Assembly: GCA_002269645.1 (NCBI GenBank)
Contig: NIVC01001620.1
Span: 62,001-126,000, forward strand
Direction of reading: 5' to 3'
Length of the DNA stretch: 64,000 nucleotides
DNA from: Macrostomum lignano
Taxonomy: Eukaryota
In this document: piece by piece, positions 56,753-64,000 of the stretch
Position numbering within the stretch: the first letter of the stretch is position 1
Layout of the letters: each line of letters opens with the position of its first letter
The notes under the pieces: model-generated
Seen by the model: the letters and a program-made list of their open reading frames with translations, nothing else
The model's database searches: none
Told to the model about the DNA's origin: nothing
Translations under genes and position numbers: made by a program

Positions 56753-59416
56753 GCAACATAGCATGCACCGTTAGCATTTCAAGTGTCGTTAAGTGTCGTC
56801 GAATTTCAAGAGCTTTTTAGCTCTCTCGCCTAGCTTAAGCTCAAATGCATTTACATTTATCTAGCGCTATATGCTTTTCTCGTCAAGATTTATAAATAGG
56901 CGTTTCAAGATTCATGAAATGAAATTAAAGCACCTCAAACCGATGCCCGTTTTTCCTATGACAGCCGCTTTCTTCTTGATTTGTTGTTTAACGAGGGTGC
57001 CGTGAGGCGTCGATCAGCCCTAGTTGGGCTCTGCCGCTGAAGAATAGGGGTAGGTTTTCCGGGAGCGTATGCTCGGGCCACCTCGGAACGCCTATCTGGA
57101 CTGCGTTACAAAGATAACAGACCCTATGGCCGGGGAGCCTGGAGCCAAAATGAAGCGAAAAAGATTGGGTGCCATCAATTAGGGTGAGAGTGTAGGTGGT
57201 CCATGAACTGCGAAACTCATTTTTTATTTCTATAGCCTTGGCACCGCCAACACGCTTAGTAGACCAGGTCCGGCCCCTCAGAGACCGGCATCATCCGCCG
57301 GGATTAAACTACCCATCAGTGCAGGTAGGGTCGACCATTTGTGGGCTGCCCAGGAGATCGATTGCGCATGCGCAATCCTCGCATAAGCAGGTGAGAGCAT
57401 GTCACTAGGGCGCCGAACACACTCCAAAGCCAATAGGATCACCGACTTTTGGGCTCATGGGCTCCTTGCCCTTTGTTTGACACGAGCCCTGCATGACCAG
57501 GTGGTCCATTTGCCAGCTCCCTGCGCGGGTAGGTTCACCTAGCGCAATGCCAGCTCAAAGCAGCACAAAGCGCTGTATGCTCTTCCTAAAATGCGGGCGG
57601 CAAGCCAGCAGTGACGCAAGATCATCGACAGTCCCAGGCCGCACCACAACTCACTCTGCTGAGTACACCATTGCAGACAATCTCATCAGAGACCGTCTTT
57701 ATACCGTCTGCCCTTCTTGATTTCCCGCTCCTAATATGTATATTTGGTCACGGTCTCCAGCTCTTTGTTTCCTAATTATTGATTTCTTAATTACTGTATT
57801 TGTACCCTTTAGCGCTGGGGGTAAATATACAGGCCATACTGCGGATCCACAGGTGCATGGTGAGACAGGCTGCTGCAGTATGACTTCCTCGTGTGCTACC
57901 TGCCGGGAACCGGCAACTACGTCGCTGCGTCTGCTATACTGGATTGGAGTTGACTGCTGCATGGTCCACCTGCCCGAAACTCCAGGTCCGAGTGCACTCC
58001 AGCTCACCATAGCAACAGAATCCGACAACGCCTTGGGAATAGCCATAAGATCGAGCGTCATCAAGGGGCGACGGAGATGCAGAGCTGCAGGCCCCTGACG
58101 AGTGCGCGATATACATTTCTCTTTAAAAACTTGCAGTACTGATCAATCGCACAATTTTTAAGTCGGTAGAATAGAGAGAGGCTTATATAAGCCTCCGGGG
58201 CAAGAGACAGAGTACTGTGCATTCATGTAGCATGAAACAACAAAAATATTGAATCTTGACAGTTTACAACGCGTGTAAAATACGTGAAAGTGTACAATAC
58301 GAAACGAAAATATTTGTAAATTTCAGCGTATTCCGCGACAGGCCCTTAGTTCGGCAAAGAATTCTCTGACTTCCAGGCCGATCAGGATTCAGGGAATCCT
58401 TGCACGTAAATACATGCACCAGTCTGTGCTATCTACAGGCTAACGGCTTGACAGAGCGACTGAACCGGTCATTGTCTACATGGAGTGTAATCAATGCTGC
58501 AATCGAGGAAGAAAAGGGCTTTTCAAGACGTCATGACACCCTAGCTCATGACACCCCATCTTGGTAGCCTACTTCAGCTCCAAGCACACTCTGCCGAGAA
58601 AGTACAAACTCATGCTGTGTCAGCTGTGGCGCATTACGCAGTCACGATTTCTAAGTCGCCTACTGTACCATTAATAAGACAATTTGGCTTGAGCGAGAAT
58701 TGTGCTAATCGGGCCATTCTGGGAATTTTAGCTGCTCTACTTTATTTAATTGTCTATTTTGTGAAAACAAAAGTGAAAGTTAATGCGCAGAAATCTCAAG
58801 GAGATAGCAATTCATTCTTGTGCGGCCCCATCCTTTGGGAGAGTTTGTTTAAACCCGTAAGTGCTTCGAGGAAATTTAGCAGCTAATTTGAATTCGGTAG
58901 TGCCTCACAGGTTAAACCGTTAAACAGACGTGACGTGAATCCTGGAGTCCTGGGGTTGACCGAGATCACAGTGCTAGAGCAGTTACTAGGCCTAGCTCTG
59001 ACTATCAACACTTGTGTCCTTAATACTATCTGTTAGTAACTTATTATATTGTAAGCCCTATATTTCGTATAGACTAAATTCTCAACAGGAAATAGGTCTT
59101 ACAAGGCCAAGGGAAAAGTAATTTGCTTTAGTTCCTCTATCTGCATTGCTGCTGGTGTAAAAATTGTAAAAAACAGAAAATAACAAATTCAAAATAACAA
59201 TAACATGAATAATGTACAGAATATTTATCAGGCTTTTGCCCTATATATTATTTATAGGCCTAATTCTATTGACATTGTAACTAAACTAGGCCTATAAATA
59301 AGTTGGTCATCTTTACCCCCTATGGCTTATATGTCTAAGTGTATAAGTAGTCCTAAAACTGATATCAAAGCAAGTATAGACCACTTTTAATTCTATAATC
59401 ATAGCTAGGGCCATAG

Positions 59417-64000
<4,584 letters not shown>

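Noticed and set aside
57670-57700. Hammerhead ribozyme (CTGATGA on the minus strand)
   Set aside because: A small stem follows but the required GAAA core and closing stems are absent

Overview
Eukaryotic (animal) genomic DNA, not prokaryotic. Poly-Gln/poly-Ala exons, GT-AG introns each filled with its own minisatellite and the transposon mix resemble a free-living flatworm such as Macrostomum lignano (inference; no search run). Genes reconstructed by hand from splice sites and reading frame: a 7-exon divergent Pax6 (+, 12261-21499), a TRPV-like channel (-, 22545-25318), a 4-exon EBP-like/EXPERA gene (-, 34374-39408; exons 2-4 duplicated at 29499-30573 across an N-gap, probably an assembly artefact), a p55-type MAGUK (-, 45343-51336), an intronless 851-aa coiled-coil gene (+, 53379-55934) and three small orphan ORFs. 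Mobile DNA: an RTE-clade LINE fragment (1-566), a near-intact RNase H-bearing LINE with a TAATG stop/start overlap (59474-64000+), two tRNA-derived SINEs, two related Helitron-like elements, two foldback-like elements, a 583-bp MITE and two 39/46-bp hairpin micro-transposons with 8-bp target-site duplications. About 30% of the window (hand tally about 19-20 kb) is tandem repeat. Most striking: the Pax6 paired-box exon is preceded by a 1-kb array of about 24 x 40-bp units, most carrying a copy of its own 3' splice junction, with only the last giving an intact paired domain; several other arrays are also built from splice-signal motifs. Most long ORFs in the supplied track are translation artefacts of tandem repeats. 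No rRNA, functional tRNA or CRISPR array was found.
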